DNA from: Shigella virus Moo19
Strand: one strand, 5' to 3'
DNA length: 64,000 nt
Sequence record: MZ358387
In this document: positions 39,401 to 47,653 of the stretch, in pieces
How positions within the stretch are numbered: position 1 is the first letter of the stretch
Layout of the letters: each line of letters begins with the position of its first letter
Notes under the pieces: model-generated
What the model saw: the letters and a program-made list of their open reading frames with translations, nothing else
Told to the model about the DNA's origin: nothing
Databases searched by the model: none
Position numbers and translations under genes: made by a program

Positions 39401-40852
39401 TTCACCACGTTGAACCAGGATATTGGTAATAGGTGAAGCAGCTTTAGCTACGACATTACCAGCAGCGTTAAGACCAGCCAGGGTAGTACGCAGAGCAGGA
39501 CCAGCAGCAGCACTTGCAGCTTTAACAGCAGAGCCAGGAGCTTGAGCAACTCCAGCAGAGCCGAAGCCATAGAGTGCACCCAGACCAGCTTGCTCACCCA
39601 CACCTTTGAGTGTGTCACGGGTAGCATCAACGTTACTCCGAATTGCACGGTTCTGTGCATACTGACCAGTACCAGACTGAATACCTTCTTCCACAGTCTC
39701 ACGAAGCATGTTGGAACCAGCACCAGCAAGTGAACCTACTTTCAGTGGATTCAGTTCAAACTTGGATACCAGTGGACCCGTTGCAGCAGCAACCGGAGCA
39801 GTGATAGCAGCAGCATCAATACCTGTTTCAGAAGCAGTCTGACGACGAGCTTCATCTGGAGAAAGACCATCTTTGATATGTTGCTGATAAACAGGAGACT
39901 TAGCAGCCAGTTCTTCATGAGACATTTTCATAATCTCAGAAGCAGTTTGCTGATAAGCACCACCAGCTTCCATTGTGCCAATAGCAATGGCAGCAGGAGC
40001 AACCTTAGAGGCAGCATTAACCAACTGTGCAGGACGATGGCCTAATTCAGCAGCAAGTGCAATTGCACGAGCAGCTTTTTCACCACCCATTACAGCACGA
40101 CCTAATGCAGCAACCCCTTTAATAAGAGGACCACCCGTAAACAGTGAGCCTACTCCTTCGCTCAATCCATCTGTTGCAGCCATACCAGTGTCAAGAGTGT
40201 TGGCAACAGAATCATAAGCGTCACGGCCAATACGAGAAAGAGAAGCGACCAAATCACTCTCGCCATCTTTAATATCCTGTTCGTATAAACGCTGGTTTTT
40301 CTGAGCAGATAGCTGGTTCTGGTTCTGAACTACTTTACGGGAAAGATTTAAAGCATCAGACTGAAGACCATGAACACCTTCATTCAACCAGTCCATGCCA
40401 CTAGCTATGGTAGCACCAGCATTATCGTTGATAAGACCTGTTCCAAGAGAAGCAATGCCCCCAAGGGTATTAGCAACACCAAGACCAACACCAGAAAGAG
40501 AATCACCAATTGCTTCTGCATTCGTTCTCTCTCTGGATAAGTCCTGACGAACAGAATCGGCTGCATTAGCACGGCTATTAAGAATACGAAGACCTTCTTC
40601 GGTTCCATACTTAGCAATAAGTTCCATTGGGGAGGCTTGAGTAAAATCAGCCTGAAGTGAACCTGGTTCGAATGCACCAATGCCGAGATTACCTACCCGA
40701 CCTGTTTGAAGGTTATAGGCAGTATCTGGGGTGAGTTGGAAAGGGTTATACCCTTCAGCAGCTTGCTTCTGGGAGGTTGCAGTAGAGACATCGACTTGCT
40801 TAGCATTAGTGATGCTGTCTGCGAAACCTGCCAGTCTGTCAAATGTTGACAT
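30413..40852 (-). CDS. giant virion RNA polymerase (N4 gp50-like)
   Basis: ~10.4-kb ORF. Central region carries T7-like motifs ('YVEADGVTNGPINA', 'KNPLTITIYGSGARG'). ATG at 40852 has AGGAAA RBS; ORF-track start 40894 is GTG. Confidence 0.8.
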   Translation of the reverse strand: MSTFDRLAGFADSITNAKQVDVSTATSQKQAAEGYNPFQLTPDTAYNLQTGRVGNLGIGAFEPGSLQADFTQASPMELIAKYGTEEGLRILNSRANAADSVRQDLSRERTNAEAIGDSLSGVGLGVANTLGGIASLGTGLINDNAGATIASGMDWLNEGVHGLQSDALNLSRKVVQNQNQLSAQKNQRLYEQDIKDGESDLVASLSRIGRDAYDSVANTLDTGMAATDGLSEGVGSLFTGGPLIKGVAALGRAVMGGEKAARAIALAAELGHRPAQLVNAASKVAPAAIAIGTMEAGGAYQQTASEIMKMSHEELAAKSPVYQQHIKDGLSPDEARRQTASETGIDAAAITAPVAAATGPLVSKFELNPLKVGSLAGAGSNMLRETVEEGIQSGTGQYAQNRAIRSNVDATRDTLKGVGEQAGLGALYGFGSAGVAQAPGSAVKAASAAAGPALRTTLAGLNAAGNVVAKAASPITNILVQRGEEVARRNEEASPVADAKVAEAAQEAAAQADTAQATMADAVEAMDISPEEKAAAHQYASDLVNATRINPEEFADASPVVQEAVNGSTDRVQVIQKLADVVNTTEDPNQMMEAAANMYDMVMQMEDFVNRDPAALNNLPKDSPANAVLDQYSGLMANIQNTPKVLRAFRAIHSMIQEQAEQGNLNVTEDVADQNQANNVAMAADVSPEVLDADSVNMVLKHASEGKITLNNRQRAALQSAAALLQGAREFDTKAEQLGLRPQDIVGKQIKTDESRSNEGQYSALQHAKRIRSAYNSGNFDLASAYLSDFMQFAQHMQNKVGALNEHLISGNADKNKSVHYQALTPSREWVRSRTGLGVNPYDTKSVKFAQQVGLEAKTVADIANALATAYPELNVSHINVTSLDSRLDKPAAQVVKEFRQGNLDAAQSQQTNEPVNQVDETPAQTQEAAPTVTPNRESTVENSAPFTESKAEPEKVTKPQSEKAKDATLINEGSIEDVTENTEETTNEVESTRSGIDAAYPDLVGSTDVSQPGVKNYLKIAYSLPAEPKSRTTGSESPMKDIGQALSSNARFETFTQSENTALTPDVSGRYKDLMNTGENIKSILNDRLAKFLSNKNVGKRFAEGTEANRWVGGKLLNIVEPDGNSFKFNDSLLETAVLAGLQWRLTATQNAAVKDAKDVAAITGIEQALLPEGVVEMFENAQTLVEATNSLAQKIESYWGFDRNPNAPLGYTKGIPVAMATEILSALIEAGEVTETMLDVSEIDPDSTKTVGLYTIDKLADNDPINKFPTAIEEAVLVEPEEKMYFGDDVPSVAQTQLRNPAVKNTPEQKAALKAEQATEFRIHEPMVNFYEAMGRDKILELMGAGTLNPELLNVNTAKSLEGKNLSVAMAYDSLFSVVEQTRAQENGLETPIHYAYNMTRVGRMQMLGKNNPQSSKLVREAILPTFSTIDLSNENSQTFSDFQVGLAQALGIKVHNMSREAMSAKLTAALEGNLKPAVDMMVDFDKTGNLPDNSVEILNTALGGDKSFVALMALMEYARYLNAEDKSKFNTPLYVEADGVTNGPINAMMLMTGGKFTKEWVQNTAKGGLFFGRAGKTMNEHRSIDDSVDLYEASTNGLKAALTNLRNTYANNPAVNTQMNHLSSLMDLFIPDYNINEEGNLELKRGIAKNPLTITIYGSGARGIAGKMVSAITDAIYERFSDVLQARAQNPDISPAMAMFGKQAASEADAEAMLGRFIEDMKALTGTVPVMRKGKLSLEDTGTAMSGKIDPQKFTVKGEQLKSLQENMLHFFVEPMRQGIQNTVGEGLMHSTEQLQKATQIQSLVLQDMFQQRVQEKLAEKEKDPNWKKGDFLTQKELNDIQASLSDLAPMIETGSQTFYIAGSENTDVANQVLATNFDDRMRVPMSIYAPSQAGVAGIPFMTIGTGDGMMMQTLSIMKGAPKNTLKIFDGMNIGINDITDASRKANEAVYTSWQGNPIKNVYDSFSKFVKNVDFNKLSDEAIDSIARSALDFEQLSHISRVDGDRQYKIDMIEKAGVNLIERNLRNIALGVDIRHKVMNQVQTTVDQMAAVGSPYVNNGNISLDGLTVDQQVAKLNELFDAELQARKEARKAEKTPVADTNKFDTVGRALKSGVRVLSQTAINKLAKESNLPVEQAAVLNEIQKSLAAKGYKVVYGNVNQIDQYAMERNVERPAPEDIEAANAGNIYGWTNFADKTVYLVSPSMETLIHELVHASTFETVLDHYQGQTNEAVQNIENLMEQFRSLDVSKDTPAMREAYADALDTINGHLSNGFIDPAMAKAAALNEYMAWGLTNHELIKKQKKTTALTRMVKDVYEAIKRLIFGRKKAPAYGEDMFSGLLFNSAVVMRSQPPVAPVTAEATLFHSTAYGNNDRLTSLGQTFDRLITNYLGNDPVQQHMRKGKFSDAVVNAVKVTRDVQGHGFTMNMQERRLFTNIVAALATEAAIHPAALARAQEYYTHVTKNLKVEDFMADPNSTNPADRYYAQQKFDTLMGANNIEFDAQGRSSLLPTFVGLAMVSEEVRNVLTDMPVMKADKASGNTIDAMLTNIGVAAMDSLNKRVAGDTKATNVQEGIDALAETIMESSLNAQSFYDSVATPTGNMIDRANQYIVDGVERLADATLDTARDVAANAKNPLVKATAHAAQLVAAIATEKNGEKVAQGVMAAMNQGKAWQPFYDLVNDIVGRTKSNASVYDMIKAVRSQVQADRQQFREHLPTTIASKFSRKLTDAEWKAMHTGMGKTDLAVLRDTMSLGEIRDLLSSQKEMDKLVNKLEADLQNQAGRNWPLINRKSKQLAQYMINGTVGNNLLRNAEAISRLLGERTSVKSTVDVDTLDKLITLYAIEAMSQADREALASLAQTETEGMDFVTSYLVGQRVEEKRKAQNDDRARLNHYKGYIPSETKQGVNLIVAEDSQFNELSEKSFTRIAGYQGSSGERTRSRGYYFSPVAARAPYSQGILQNVRNTAGGVDVGTGFTMGTMVAGRITDKPSVDRITKALAKGERGNEPLMPIYDGNGRVVAYEHSIDPNMLTHIAGEDNLAKAIGVWRGRQVEEAKAQKFNDALIENLHAMYEKDMADSTSNKSQYINLLGSKLDPVTADAMRLMNAETRQKAESLFGNGELWVRRDMLNDALGYRAASVGDVWTGNSRWSPETLDTFKKAMLGVFGNRAYKYFMQGENITQTVVREAKTLIVVKSLVVPAVNFLANLYQMVARGVPVKDIAKGIPQKTAEINQYMKSRLRQVDAEAELRATTNPNQARKLKAEIQSINDSYKRMSIWPLLEAGEFSSIADAGISRDDLLIPDGKVQEYMQRLADKLPKKLQTAGRYALITKDTALFQGIQKTVEYSDFIAKAIIYDELTKRKGKSKEEALGRVTEEFINYDRLPGRFRGYMESMGLMWFYNFKIRSTKVAVSMIRNNPVHAAMAMLAPTPTMFGNVGLPLQDNLFSAAADGRLDYSIGLGQGLRAHNLNPWMNLVN

Positions 40853-40919
40853 AGCTTGTTTCCTGTTCAAACTTATATCTATAAGAGAACTCACTGTACA
40901 TTAAGTGAGGGTAAGAAAA

Positions 40920-40937
40920 AAGCCCCGAAGGGCTTTT
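40920..40937 (-). terminator. terminator-like hairpin downstream of the 654-aa virion protein gene
   Basis: Stem aagccc/gggctt with loop cgaa; on the minus strand it is followed by a U-run. Confidence 0.5.
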
Positions 40938-40943
40938 ATAGTA

Positions 40944-42908
40944 TTACTGATTTTGTCTTGGTTGCATATACTCTGGCAACCCTTGTGCTTGTCTCATATA
41001 TCGAGCAGCACGCTCTCTGTTTTCTTTCTCAACTGCCCGGTCTACGGAAGCCTGAGATTGAAAGTTTCTCGGAGCCAGATTCTGTGGGTCAGCTTGAACC
41101 TGTCCTTGTGCAGCTTGCAACATTGCAGCAGCTTTCTGTACTGCTTCCTGACGTGATGGAAGCAACGCAGTGAGTGCAGTCTGACCTGTAGCAATCTTAT
41201 TCTGAGTGTTATTGAGTTGAGCAACAGCAGCGTCATAAGCTGTCTGTGCAGCCTGGATATTTTGAATAGCCTGAGCATTACCCAGATTACGAACACTTGC
41301 TTCCAGTGGTTCACCACGCTTCAATCCCTCAACCATCTGGTCTACAGCACGGTCATTAAGACGCAAGCCATTACCAGCTTCATTACTAATGAATGGGTTT
41401 AGTGCATCAATACCACGACTAATATAGCCTTCCGGTACGTTGGTCATTGCACGTTGAATAACGTTAGCAGCCATCGCCGGGGACACATTAGCACGTTGAC
41501 TAATATCATTGATACGAGCCACAACCCAATTCTTATCAGCACCCTTAAAGTCACCTTCCAGAAGTTTGGAAGCAACTTCACCTACAGTAGAGGTGTCATT
41601 CAGAGAACGTAAATAATCAGGGGTAATACCACCTGCATTATTCTCCATCAGACGAGTACCAATCATACCAGAAGCAAGAGTAGATACAGCCTGATTACCC
41701 TGAGCATCCTGAACCAGAGCAAGAGGATTAGCTCCTACTTCAGCCTGAGCAATCACAGGTTTAATCTGTTCCCAGGTCATATCTTTGTAAGCACCTGGAG
41801 AAGAGTTAGGCAGAGCAGCCCAGGTATCTTTCAAGTTGCCATTCTTACGAGCTTCAAAGATAGCCTTACCAATCTTCTCCTGATTCTCAGCAGACATTGG
41901 CTGACTAGCCCAGTTATCTCCCAGTACTTTAGGTGCAAAGTCCTGAAGAGTAGCCTGATTAATCTGGAATGCACCAACAGGGGAAGCACCCAGATTAGTC
42001 TTCATACCATCCTGATGTTTGACCACATCACCAATGCTCATCTGAGTAATTGGAGTAGAGGTTGGGGTAAAACCATACGTTGTATCATATGGAGAACCAG
42101 CACGAGTACCAGCAGTTCCTGGGGCAGAAGGAGCACCAACCCCATTGCCATAGACACCTGGGTAAGCCTGAGCAAGTAAACCTTGCAGACGAGCCTGAGC
42201 TACTGGGGACAGTTGCTTACTATATGCCTCAGCCAGGATACGAGCATCGTTGGGGTTCTCAGCACCACGAGTAATCTGAGACATAACACCCATAGCAGCC
42301 TGAGCATCAGCATCATTACGCATCTGAGTACCCAAGTTGAAACGAGATTGGTTGTTACCAATACCACCCCGTTCCTGACCTTGCAGACGACCCATAATAT
42401 CAAGAGCCTGGTCAGCAGGAAGAGTAGACAGAGCATCCCCTACCTGACTTTGTGCAGCCTGAATCTGTTTAGGGTCACCAGACTGGTAAGCCATAGCCAG
42501 TTGACGAACAGCAGGGGAAGCAGCATCCATTGCAGCGTCAGTAGTCTTAAGACGACCAAAACGGTAATCATTATAGGCATTAGTCCCAGCCTGACCTTCC
42601 TGGTTCAACAGAGTGCCAGCACGGTTATCCAGATTTTCCAGAGTACGGGTACTAATCAGATTGGGGTCAACACCCTCAAACAGAGCACCAGATGCCAGAG
42701 CATTACGGTACGCTGTAGGGTCTTGATAACGCATAGCGTTCATCATGACAGCACTGCCAGCATCCTGACGAGCAGCGTTCTGGAAGTTACCCAGTGCATC
42801 ACTCAAGCCAGTAGTGGCATTACCAATCATGTTGCCAAATGTGCGAATGCTATCACCAACTCCAGAGAAGTTAGGTGTATCAACATTACGCCAAGTAATT
42901 TGAGCCAT
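40944..42908 (-). CDS. virion structural protein, Q/A/N-rich (N4 gp51-like by position)
   Basis: AGGAA RBS before ATG 42908; 654 aa, low-complexity Gln/Ala-rich. Confidence 0.45.
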   Translation of the reverse strand: MAQITWRNVDTPNFSGVGDSIRTFGNMIGNATTGLSDALGNFQNAARQDAGSAVMMNAMRYQDPTAYRNALASGALFEGVDPNLISTRTLENLDNRAGTLLNQEGQAGTNAYNDYRFGRLKTTDAAMDAASPAVRQLAMAYQSGDPKQIQAAQSQVGDALSTLPADQALDIMGRLQGQERGGIGNNQSRFNLGTQMRNDADAQAAMGVMSQITRGAENPNDARILAEAYSKQLSPVAQARLQGLLAQAYPGVYGNGVGAPSAPGTAGTRAGSPYDTTYGFTPTSTPITQMSIGDVVKHQDGMKTNLGASPVGAFQINQATLQDFAPKVLGDNWASQPMSAENQEKIGKAIFEARKNGNLKDTWAALPNSSPGAYKDMTWEQIKPVIAQAEVGANPLALVQDAQGNQAVSTLASGMIGTRLMENNAGGITPDYLRSLNDTSTVGEVASKLLEGDFKGADKNWVVARINDISQRANVSPAMAANVIQRAMTNVPEGYISRGIDALNPFISNEAGNGLRLNDRAVDQMVEGLKRGEPLEASVRNLGNAQAIQNIQAAQTAYDAAVAQLNNTQNKIATGQTALTALLPSRQEAVQKAAAMLQAAQGQVQADPQNLAPRNFQSQASVDRAVEKENRERAARYMRQAQGLPEYMQPRQNQ

Positions 42909-42920
42909 GATGGTTTCCTA

Positions 42921-43376
42921 TTAGCGAGAAAGTTTATTCTTCTCAATGTACTCGTCAGCAGTAGATTGGTCACGGTTTTCTGCAACAGCACGACTACGTG
43001 CACGGTCTTCTAACGCAGTGTTATAAGACTTAATCGAGTTATTAAGGTTCGTGTTAGTAATGTCCTTAGTAAAGGACAACTGGTCTTTGGCTAACTTGTT
43101 AGCCTGGAAACCACCATAGATATTAGCCAATGAACCAAGAGCACCAAGTCCCAATTGGAAGGTTGGAATATTCAAGCCTAAGCCCTGAGATGCCCCACCA
43201 AACAGAGAGGTATTACCAGCAGAGGAAGTACCTGGGGAAGTGTAATCTCCCAAAGTCATGCCCGGCTGATAATTCATTGCTGGAGTATTAAAGTTTTGGT
43301 TCTGGTTGTTACCAGATAACCAGGACATCCCACCAGCATTTTGAGAGGGATTCCCTGTAAGGAAGTTCAAATCCAT
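42921..43376 (-). CDS. Gly/Asn-rich small virion protein (hypothetical)
   Basis: 151 aa, Gly/Asn/Ser-rich; packed between structural genes. Confidence 0.4.
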   Translation of the reverse strand: MDLNFLTGNPSQNAGGMSWLSGNNQNQNFNTPAMNYQPGMTLGDYTSPGTSSAGNTSLFGGASQGLGLNIPTFQLGLGALGSLANIYGGFQANKLAKDQLSFTKDITNTNLNNSIKSYNTALEDRARSRAVAENRDQSTADEYIEKNKLSR

Positions 43377-43389
43377 AAGGATTCTCCTG

Positions 43390-46032
43390 TTAATCTTTCA
43401 GTGTTAAGTCTAAGGTCATGTCAGAGAAATTGGTAATCATATCCAGAGACATACCAGCAATATCGGAACCAGTTAAGGTAGTACGAGAGAGGAAGGTATC
43501 CAGCGACTCGATAGAGACAAACTGCATTGGGTCAATTACACCCATACCATCTGTACCGAACATCTCTTCATACTTCTTATTAACAGCCATCATATCAGTA
43601 TTGTACTGCTGCATGGTTTGCTCTGCCTGACGAATGATATCAGCAGTAGAGGCATTAATGTACTGAGTAATCCCATTACCTACAGCAGAGGTAAGCTGCA
43701 TGATATTCTGAGCATTCATCATGTTAGCTGCCATAGTAGACATAGTAGTACCTGTAGCCATTGCAGTACCCACGTTCATTGCAACTACAGAGGCAATAGC
43801 AGCTACGATGAAACCAATCTTATCACCGAACAGTTGAGTAGAAGCCAACTGAAGAATAGAGATAAGAACCATTGCAGCAATGGCATTTGCCACAGCACCT
43901 ACAATTACAGCAGCTAAGCCAGCAAAGCCTAATGCAGCCCCTACAGCACCGTAAGCACCCAGGATACCAGCACCACCTGCACCAGCAGTAAATACTGATA
44001 CAACCACAGCAACCACAACTACTACGATTTTAAATGTCCCAGTTTGATACCACTTCTGCTTAACCTTCTTGTATGAGTTCATTACAAGATAGGAGCAAGC
44101 AGTAGCTAACTGAGTACTATGAGTCAGTGACATAGCACGATAAATATTGGTATGCAGTGGGATAAGGAATCCTGACTCCTCAGCATCACCCATAGCCTCT
44201 GCTACATCAATGCCAACAGACTTGTTCTTATACACCCGGTTATTATGATACAGACCCAGAACACGAAGACGGCGATAGGTGTTCTTACCATCCTGCCATA
44301 ACATTTCATACTCCTGCATGTTATAGACAGTATTGGTTTTTACTAAGTCACCCGTTTGATTATCTTTACGGAAATTGCTACGAGTAAGCTGAACATCACC
44401 AGCATAGCGAGTTCTTAGCTGGCTCTGCTTTGCACCTTCCCATGCTTGACCTGTATGAATAGTTTCAAATACGAAGTTCCACTCAATGGTCATATCATAC
44501 TTGTAACCCTTATCACTGCTAACCCTAAAGCTACGCTTAGGAATTACAGGATACTGTGGGGGTTCTGGTGGATTACCAGCAGAATGGTCACCCTCTTTCC
44601 ACCACTTATAATATGCCTCAGCAGCGGCATTAGCATCAGCAAACCCCTGGATAACAGCTTCCAATGTCGGATATTCTGGGTCAGGTGGGAATGACTCAGT
44701 AGCCATCTGGAAGAATCGATAAATATACTCTTTAGCCGTATCTTCCGGTGTATTGAGTGCACAACCGAATGTACCGTAGATGTATTGAATATCCCCAATT
44801 TTGTCGTTCTTTTTTAATTCAGTAACGACATCATCAAGCTTCCCTCCGGTTGCCTTCTTCATTGCTTTTTTGCAATCAGGGTAGATAGGGTCATTCTCTA
44901 CCCAACGTTTATCATTACGAATAGGAATGAATGGATAGAAGCGGTTATCAGACGCTGGGGTATCAAATAAAGCGTCCAGCACAGGATTACCATCCCCCTG
45001 CTTATAGATAAACAAATGAGGTTCATCAGTAGCAGTCATGGTTGTGTTGTTACTGGTGGACTGAGATACATAGAAGTTAACCAAAGATTCTTTGGTCACT
45101 TCAGTAATTGTAGTAATGGTTACCCCACCAACAGTTTCAGTCTTAGTATCGGTAGTGGTTTGCTTATCCACTCTCCCACGTTTAGATTGAGTCATCACAC
45201 GGTTATCAATGATGATAGTAGTGCCATCAGTGTTAAGAGTGAAGCCTCGTTTATAAACATTGACCCAGGAAGTCCAGTTCTGGGTAGTAGTAACAGGAGT
45301 AGTTGTTACTTCATCGGGACGACCATCACTGTACTTCTTAGTTACCTTGGTGGTGGTAGTCAGGGAAGTACTTTCTGCCTTATCTGTTTCAGACACAGTA
45401 GACCATAGAAAGGTAGACGGTAAATCACCCTCAGTAGGATAAATATCTTCTGGTCTTACTACAGGTGGTTCAACAGTAGGTTGCCTGTAATAGCTGTAAT
45501 CCACATAGAGGTAAAGAGCACCCGGAACAAAGTTCTCAGGGAAGAAGGAGATATCCGTTCCCCCATCCTGAGAAATCATGGTGATTTCGTTGGTATCCTC
45601 ATCAATATCAATTTCGAATTGTTCCATAATTCGTTCCGGATAATTTTCGTAAAGATACTGGTCACACCAATACTCAAAGTCAGCAAACCCAATCTCAGCA
45701 GATTGCACGAAAGTAGTGCTGTCTGCCTGAGTAGGTAACTGGCTGGCAACCACATCTGGGTCAACCTTAGCCAGTACACCTAATGAACTTGCTGCCATGC
45801 CTACCTTGTCATCGTAATGGTCTTTGCTCCATGAAGAGAACAAACGCATACGTACACCCGGACCATTCAGATAACTGCTTTGAATAGTGTCTGCCATAGT
45901 AAATCCTGTGTTGGAAACAATGTTCCCAATCACCACGGTCTTCATATAGTTAGGACGTTGGGCAATATCCCCAGCCAGGTTATACACTGAGGATGCTACG
46001 TAAATTTTTGTTTTCCTACTGAACAATCCCAT
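43390..46032 (-). CDS. large virion protein with Gly/Ala-rich hydrophobic segment (candidate ejection/channel protein)
   Basis: 880 aa. C-terminal third has a long hydrophobic Gly/Ala/Val tract ('KIVVVVVAVVVSVFTAGAGGAGILGAYGAVGAALGFAGLAAVIVGAVANAIAAMVLISIL'). Confidence 0.45.
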   Translation of the reverse strand: MGLFSRKTKIYVASSVYNLAGDIAQRPNYMKTVVIGNIVSNTGFTMADTIQSSYLNGPGVRMRLFSSWSKDHYDDKVGMAASSLGVLAKVDPDVVASQLPTQADSTTFVQSAEIGFADFEYWCDQYLYENYPERIMEQFEIDIDEDTNEITMISQDGGTDISFFPENFVPGALYLYVDYSYYRQPTVEPPVVRPEDIYPTEGDLPSTFLWSTVSETDKAESTSLTTTTKVTKKYSDGRPDEVTTTPVTTTQNWTSWVNVYKRGFTLNTDGTTIIIDNRVMTQSKRGRVDKQTTTDTKTETVGGVTITTITEVTKESLVNFYVSQSTSNNTTMTATDEPHLFIYKQGDGNPVLDALFDTPASDNRFYPFIPIRNDKRWVENDPIYPDCKKAMKKATGGKLDDVVTELKKNDKIGDIQYIYGTFGCALNTPEDTAKEYIYRFFQMATESFPPDPEYPTLEAVIQGFADANAAAEAYYKWWKEGDHSAGNPPEPPQYPVIPKRSFRVSSDKGYKYDMTIEWNFVFETIHTGQAWEGAKQSQLRTRYAGDVQLTRSNFRKDNQTGDLVKTNTVYNMQEYEMLWQDGKNTYRRLRVLGLYHNNRVYKNKSVGIDVAEAMGDAEESGFLIPLHTNIYRAMSLTHSTQLATACSYLVMNSYKKVKQKWYQTGTFKIVVVVVAVVVSVFTAGAGGAGILGAYGAVGAALGFAGLAAVIVGAVANAIAAMVLISILQLASTQLFGDKIGFIVAAIASVVAMNVGTAMATGTTMSTMAANMMNAQNIMQLTSAVGNGITQYINASTADIIRQAEQTMQQYNTDMMAVNKKYEEMFGTDGMGVIDPMQFVSIESLDTFLSRTTLTGSDIAGMSLDMITNFSDMTLDLTLKD

Positions 46033-46037
46033 GTTAC

Positions 46038-46877
46038 TTACCCGTTAAGATTATTGTTACGTTTCAGGGTAGTCAGAACATCATCGATGCTGGAGTTAGT
46101 GAATCCATTAGGTGGAGTCAGACCTTCATCAATGGTTTTCTGAGTAATCCATGCGTCAGTAAACAGCTTGGATGCTTTAACTTCTGCATCACGCTGGTAG
46201 CTAGTAATCTGCTGAGTATACAGTTCTTTCTGTTTACCAATAGAACCAGAAACAGTAGCACCGTCAGACCGTTTATCCAGAGTCTGTGCACGTTGTGCTT
46301 CAGTCTGCTCGATAAGCAGTTTGAGTTGCTGAGGCAGAGTCTGTTCTACATTGAACAATGCAGCACAGTAAGTCTCAGATTCAGTAGAGAGTTTGAGCTT
46401 GGTAAGAGCATATTCACTCTTAGCATTCAGTGCCTGGAACTTAGCCAGCACGTACTGAGCTTTAGAAGTAGCCAATGCAACACGAGCACTAACAGCCTGA
46501 ATCTGTGCCATAGCAGCAGCCCAGTAAGCCTGGTCACGACCTAACAGATACTGAGTGGCATTGCCCATACAGGTCTCTACAATAGCAATATATGCTTTGG
46601 TGTATTCACCACCAGTAATACGACCTTCCTTGAACTCCTGCTTAAGGTGAGCAGCAGCAGAAGCCATCAGTGCATCGAATGTACCGGAACCACCAACAAC
46701 ACGGGTAGTCAGGTCTTCATTAGTAAGTCGGGTTACTTCTGCAAAGATAGGGGAACCGTCCCCACCTGGGATATCCCATTCAGGACCGGACATATCAATA
46801 TCGGGTAGGGCAAAGTCCTCGCCCTCAGTTAATGCTAACAACAGTCGGTTAGCTTCTACCTCTGCACCACATGACAT
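46038..46877 (-). CDS. virion structural protein (N4 gp54-like by position)
   Basis: Start set at ATG 46877 (GAGGAAA RBS) because the hairpin and U-run abut the first ATG at 46892. Confidence 0.45.
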   Translation of the reverse strand: MSCGAEVEANRLLLALTEGEDFALPDIDMSGPEWDIPGGDGSPIFAEVTRLTNEDLTTRVVGGSGTFDALMASAAAHLKQEFKEGRITGGEYTKAYIAIVETCMGNATQYLLGRDQAYWAAAMAQIQAVSARVALATSKAQYVLAKFQALNAKSEYALTKLKLSTESETYCAALFNVEQTLPQQLKLLIEQTEAQRAQTLDKRSDGATVSGSIGKQKELYTQQITSYQRDAEVKASKLFTDAWITQKTIDEGLTPPNGFTNSSIDDVLTTLKRNNNLNG

Positions 46878-46895
46878 GATGTATTTCCTCATGGT

Positions 46896-46933
46896 TCAAA
46901 AAGAAACGGCTCACGGAATTAACCAGTGAGCCG
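46896..46933 (-). terminator. hairpin plus U-run between structural genes (terminator/attenuator)
   Basis: Minus-strand stem cggctcac/gtgagccg, 11-nt loop, then UUUCUUUUU. Confidence 0.4.
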
Positions 46934-46954
46934 TGTTATCGGTCAGCTTACAAC

Positions 46955-47593
46955 TTAATCGTTGTTTGTGCTACCAGCAGCAGTCTGGGCAGCAGCTAAC
47001 TTATCCAGGTCTTCCTGGGTCAGTGGTGGGAGTTCTTCAATTGCAAACTCACGCACCCATGCCTGTTCAATCTTTTTACCCTTATTCGATACACGAATGT
47101 TCAGGAATTTACGATTCTTCAGGAACTCATAAATACAGTAAGGGATATGGTATCCATTATCAGTTGCTTCACCGAATGGAACGAACTTACGAATCGTACC
47201 CATGTATTCGTTAGCAACAGTGATAATCTCACCCGGTAGGTCTTTCTTCTTAGGGTCGAGATTCTGGATACGAACACGAATCAGACGGGTTTGTTCCAGA
47301 CGAATGCGTTGACGCATTTGTGCTTCAGTCTCTTTGACTGGAGCTTTTTTAGTATCTTCGAGTGGATTCACTTCCGGTTCTTCCTGTTCTGGTTCAGATG
47401 CTTTACCTTCCTGTGCATCTGCAATTTTCTGACGCAACTTCTCAAGACTAATGTTGTTTGAGAATGAAATGTTCATCAGCTTGGCACGTTGCTTCAGTAC
47501 TGTCAGTTCATCTGGCATTGGTACATCATCAACAGTGTCGTTGCTCTGAATGACTTCTTCTTGTTCAGGAGTCGGCTTGTCGTTAATGCTCAT
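46955..47593 (-). CDS. hypothetical virion-module protein
   Basis: 212 aa, acidic N-terminus; immediately downstream of the capsid gene. Confidence 0.4.
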   Translation of the reverse strand: MSINDKPTPEQEEVIQSNDTVDDVPMPDELTVLKQRAKLMNISFSNNISLEKLRQKIADAQEGKASEPEQEEPEVNPLEDTKKAPVKETEAQMRQRIRLEQTRLIRVRIQNLDPKKKDLPGEIITVANEYMGTIRKFVPFGEATDNGYHIPYCIYEFLKNRKFLNIRVSNKGKKIEQAWVREFAIEELPPLTQEDLDKLAAAQTAAGSTNND

Positions 47594-47611
47594 GTTAATA
47601 ATTCCTGTGGT

Positions 47612-47641
47612 TCATAAATAAGGGGGAGGTTCCCCTCCCCG
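47612..47641 (-). terminator. terminator-like hairpin downstream of the major capsid gene
   Basis: 7-bp G/C stem ggggagg/cctcccc, 14 nt after the capsid stop codon. Confidence 0.5.
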
Positions 47642-47653
47642 TTAGGTTAGCTA

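Noticed and set aside
30413-40894. Giant ORF as an RHS or polymorphic-toxin type protein
   Set aside because: T7-like polymerase motifs in the central region and the surrounding N4-like gene order fit a virion RNA polymerase; no RHS/YD repeats were seen.
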